Positions 60,147 through 64,000 of a stretch of 64,000 bases of DNA are shown piece after piece. Numbering within the stretch: position 1 is the stretch's first letter; each line of letters begins with the position of its first letter. Both the position numbers and the translations under genes were made by a program. The DNA lies in assembly GCA_964036045.1 (NCBI GenBank), contig OZ038378.1, positions 193,564,001-193,628,000 of the forward strand, in the 5' to 3' direction. This stretch comes from Eutreptiella sp. 'Long Island Sound 2002'. Its lineage: Eukaryota; Protista; Euglenida. The notes beneath the pieces are model-generated. The model worked only from the letters and a program-made list of their open reading frames with translations, was not told the origin of the DNA and did not search any database.

Positions 60147-62799
60147 TCAGGCACAGGCATGTGGCAGGGGCAGGGCGGTGGGAGAGGCGGGGCTGAGGGG
60201 GAGGGGGAAAGGACGTGGGGGAAGGACGCTACCAGAGTCCTGCTGCCGAAGGCCCGTCCCGGCGGTCTGGGGTGCAGCACCCTCGGCAGGACGGCCAAAG
60301 GTCCCCTGCGGCAGGCCCGTCTCGGTGAGCTTCGCGGCCGCCTTGATGACGGGCGCCGCGTCGGCGGTGATCCCATGCGCCTTGAAGTCGTTCAGCATGT
60401 CCAGCAACTTAAACACCTCCGCGGGCGAAGAGATGATGGGTGCGGCGCTGGGGGTCGGGTCGGGGTTCGCTGGCGGCGGCGGGGATGTCGCCCCGACGCC
60501 CGGGCCCAGGTCCGCGGCCGTAGTCTCGGTCCTGGCAGCGGCTTTGGACTTCGACTCAGTCTCGGTCTTGGAAGCGGCTTTGGAAGTGGGCACGCCCTCC
60601 GCTTTGCTGTCGGCTTCGGACTTCGACGCTGTCTCGGTTTTGGGGCCCGTCGCCGCGGGGGCCTCCGACTCCTCGTCGGAGTCCGAGTAGACCACATTCT
60701 TCTCCGCCCACTCATACCACTCCCGTCGCTGGGCGTCCTTCTCGGCCTCCACCCGCAGGAACTCCTCCTCCTCCGGAGTCATGGCCTGCACCATCTGCTC
60801 CACGCTACCTTGCGTGGTTGCATCCACGGTTTTTTTGGCCTCGTCAAACTGCTGCTTCTGATCCTCCGGCACCTGCAGGACGGTGGTCAATTGAAGAATT
60901 GATTGAATCAAGTCAAAGGTTCAATAACCACCACTACACTATCAAATTGATAGTCGATCCAAAATCAAATACCCCGCCCCCTGTGTGACATTCCGTCTGG
61001 TTGTTGCTCCTTTACGGGGCCCTGGACGGTCACCCGTTCTTCCCTTCGCATGTTGCGTCGGGTCGCTACTTTCTGTCGGCCGCTGCGGCCGGTGCTCTTG
61101 CTGGTGTCGTTTCCGCGTTCGCGGAGCCCAGTAGTCGGCGTGTTGGGACTGTGCTGAATGTGGCATGGTGTGCCGTTTGCGTGTCAGCGGCGCCCAATAG
61201 TTGGCGTACTGAGGATGTGCTGATGCCCCCTTGCGCAAGCACGCTGAAAGTCAGGAAAATGACGGTCAGACGGGCTCTGGTGCTTAGACAAACCCGTGCT
61301 TGCGCACGGCGCGCGGGACCAAAAGAATATCCCTCCCCCTCACTCTGACGGGGACCCATTTTACGCCCTTCGCATCCAGTGAAAATTTTGCCACGGTCCA
61401 AAGGAGCATGACGCTCAAGTCATGCCCAGTTCGCATGTACTTCACATGAAAGAAATCCGCCCCACGAGTAAAAGCACCAATAATTGTGGTTTGCACATGT
61501 TCACCGGTGGACCGGATGTAAGTAAGCCATGCCAGCAATAGCAACATTCCCCATGGCTGAAAATCACATCAAAACAGACAGCATTGGGTGCAGTTGCAAG
61601 CAGAATGTTGCAAAAAGCAGGTGGAACTACCACAAACATGATCCAGCCCCCCTTTCCCTCTACAATCGCACCACAGCCGCGTCACATTACACTTCTGACC
61701 ACAAAAACCGTGGTCAGAAAAACCAGGAAAACAACAGTCAGACGGGCTGCCGTGCTTGGACAAGGCAGTGCTTGCGTAAGGGGGGGGGCATAAGAAATTA
61801 TTAGAAGCGAATCGATTACTTCATCAATTCATCGATTAAAATCAAATTAGAATTGGAGAAAAAAACTGAGGCCATCCGGTAGTGAGCCCCACATTTCGGC
61901 ACAAAGAGAGGACACAGAGAGGACACAGGGGGTCTCTTCAAGTGGCACCCATCGGAGGCCACAGCGGCCGTTCTGAGTCAACCGACGGCTGCAGGCCAAC
62001 TGACGGTGGTTGGACTGGACGTACTCCAAAACCAAACAAACGCTCCCCACTAAACGACGCCCCGCACCTGGTCATAGGCGGCCTGCGCCTGCGCGTGGAG
62101 CGCTTGGGCCGATCGCACTTCCTCTTTCACGCTGTCCACTTCCTGGCGTTTGGCTGCCAGCATGGCCCTCAACTGATTGAGCTTCTGCTGGATGGCCACC
62201 ACATCTTCGGCATCATCAGTGCCCAGCTCAGCCTTTCCCTGAGGGGCTGCCTCCGTCGTGTCCTTCCGCGCGGCTTCAGCCTTCTCCTGTGGCCATGCAG
62301 CCGTCGCCTTCGGCTTCAACTCGGCCTTGTCCTTGGGTCCTGCTGATGCTGCTGCTGCATTCCCCTGCGGAGCTGTGGCCTTGTTCGAAGGCTCGCCTGT
62401 GGCGCCGCATCCCTTGCCTTGAGTCTGAGCTGGGCCCTTCGGGGGTCCTGCAACGGGTTTGTCGCCCTTCACGATCTTTGTAGGTCCGTTCTTTGAAGCC
62501 CCAGAAACACCCTTCCGCCGTACAGGTCCATGTTCCTACGCGGGAGTGCCAGTCACGGGTGCTCGCACTTACGGGAGTTGGCGTACAGCGCGCGTCATCG
62601 GGGTGACTTCACTGGCACCACTTCTCAAAAAACCCAACCCCGCACCACAAAACCATAGCACTGCAGCAGTGCATGCAAAACGCCGGTAATGGCAACATGA
62701 TATTACCGTTGTGCACGTGCCCTTTCGATAGACGTTGTATGAAAATTCTTTGTTGCGAGCCCAAACGACCTTGAACTCCTGAACATATTGAGTAAGCAT
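60147..62799 (-). CDS. Spliced exons of a low-complexity/coiled-coil protein (62707-62799, 62068-62535, 60872 to 60233 or to the stop at 60147); may be the 5' part of the oxygenase-like gene
   Basis: Phase-0 GT-AG joins ACG|GTAATA...cgtAG|GAA and CAG|GTGCGG...tgcAG|GTG. Coiled-coil-like IQQKLNQLRAMLAAKRQEVDSVKEEV. Confidence 0.6.
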
Positions 62800-64000
62800 T
62801 CAGTGACAGGCTGAGGATTGGAAGATGAGGCGGAAGCGGACTGTGCAGCCTGCTTTCCAGCCCTTTCGGCAGCTGGCTTGGACTTGACAGGCACCTTCAG
62901 TTGTTTTGGACCCTGCTCATCCTTGCAAATGTCACAGGTAAGGTGCAACGTTCCATCAGGCACATGACCCTGTCCCCAAACCCCACGGGCAGCTTTCGTC
63001 CATACCACCTCCTCTCCGGAATCTAACCATCCTGGCGCACAATCGAGGTCGGTACTGATAGACTGCATGTCCTTTGGGCAATTTCAGCCATTACGTCTCA
63101 GAGTTATGAGCGAGGCACACAGATGTTCATTACTCTCATTGGCTATGCACAACCGACGGATTCAGTGTAACCATCAATATGACCGATTGTTGCTGTGTTT
63201 GGGTCCGGCACCCACCCCAGGGGAGGGGGCACCAGGAAATGACCTTGAGGGTCACCCTCCGACGCCAACAAACCCCACCGTCCCCAAATGGGTACTTGCA
63301 ATTCGTGTTGGTTCCTACACTTCGATGACTGCAACGCCTCATGGAGGACCGGGGGAGAGTAAGATATTGTTGTTCCCTTGCTTCTAATGTACATCAATAC
63401 GCAACCAAAGAAATGCCAGAGAGAGGCACAAAGGGAGCAGGTCAGCACCAACGCATACCTCTTCATCATCAGAGCACAAAATTGTGATCTGTACCATAGT
63501 GTGGTGCGCACTACACAAAGCATGTCCCTGTATGACAAAGGGGATGTGCAAGATCGCTCCGCCACCCACACTACTGGAGCTCCCAGTGAAACTGCCAAGT
63601 TCACATTTCGGCTACATATGGGGCAAGACTGGACACTGCGTCCAAACTCCTTTTTCAAATGCAACACAAGAGCTCGACAACTCTTCACTGACACTTGCTT
63701 ACCATAAGCTTCATGTCACCGTCACAGTTCTTGAAAAACCGACGGAAGGTTAGGAAGCTTCGAAACCGTCGACAGGTGTGGTTTGTAAGACACTGGAGGG
63801 TCACGCAAGTGATCAAATCCCACAAGGGAGGAGCTGTGCGCATAAGCAAATAAATATCCCAGGCTAGAGAATGTGTCTGTTATTGTTGATTGTTTGACAG
63901 CTCGAACGCAGCCTGAATTCGAACAACCTTCTGAGGGACTGTTGCCACACCTAAAGAAAAGTCTGAACTGCAGATATAGCCAATTACAGCCAGCGGACTC

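Overview
Eukaryotic, intron- and repeat-rich nuclear DNA with no prokaryotic or viral gene organisation. The repeat types and the acceptors sitting just upstream of start codons are compatible with a euglenozoan (euglenid-like) host; this is inference only. Left 38.5 kb: a head-to-tail array of at least four near-identical minus-strand ammonium transporter (Amt/Mep/Rh family) genes. The base unit is about 7.95 kb, with four coding exons, GT-AG introns and a 497-aa protein. Copy A is cut by the left window edge. Three copies carry a private intronic insertion: a scrambled ~8 kb APE-RT LINE complex (A), a 1.76 kb insert flanked by a ~490 bp duplication that includes an exon-2 stub (B), and an 886/888 bp TIR element with its own ORF (D). 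Copy C is empty. 39-50 kb: a cluster of DNA-transposon relics, namely a P-like element (8-bp TSD), MITEs or foldbacks, and a Mutator-like element (9-bp TSD) carrying a Ulp1/C48 protease ORF and a 48-bp CCCTAA-containing tandem array. 51.5-63 kb: scattered minus-strand exons, including an EGLN/PHD-like 2OG-Fe(II) oxygenase fold that appears to lack catalytic residues, separated by repeat-filled introns. All alignments were made by eye; no database searches were run.
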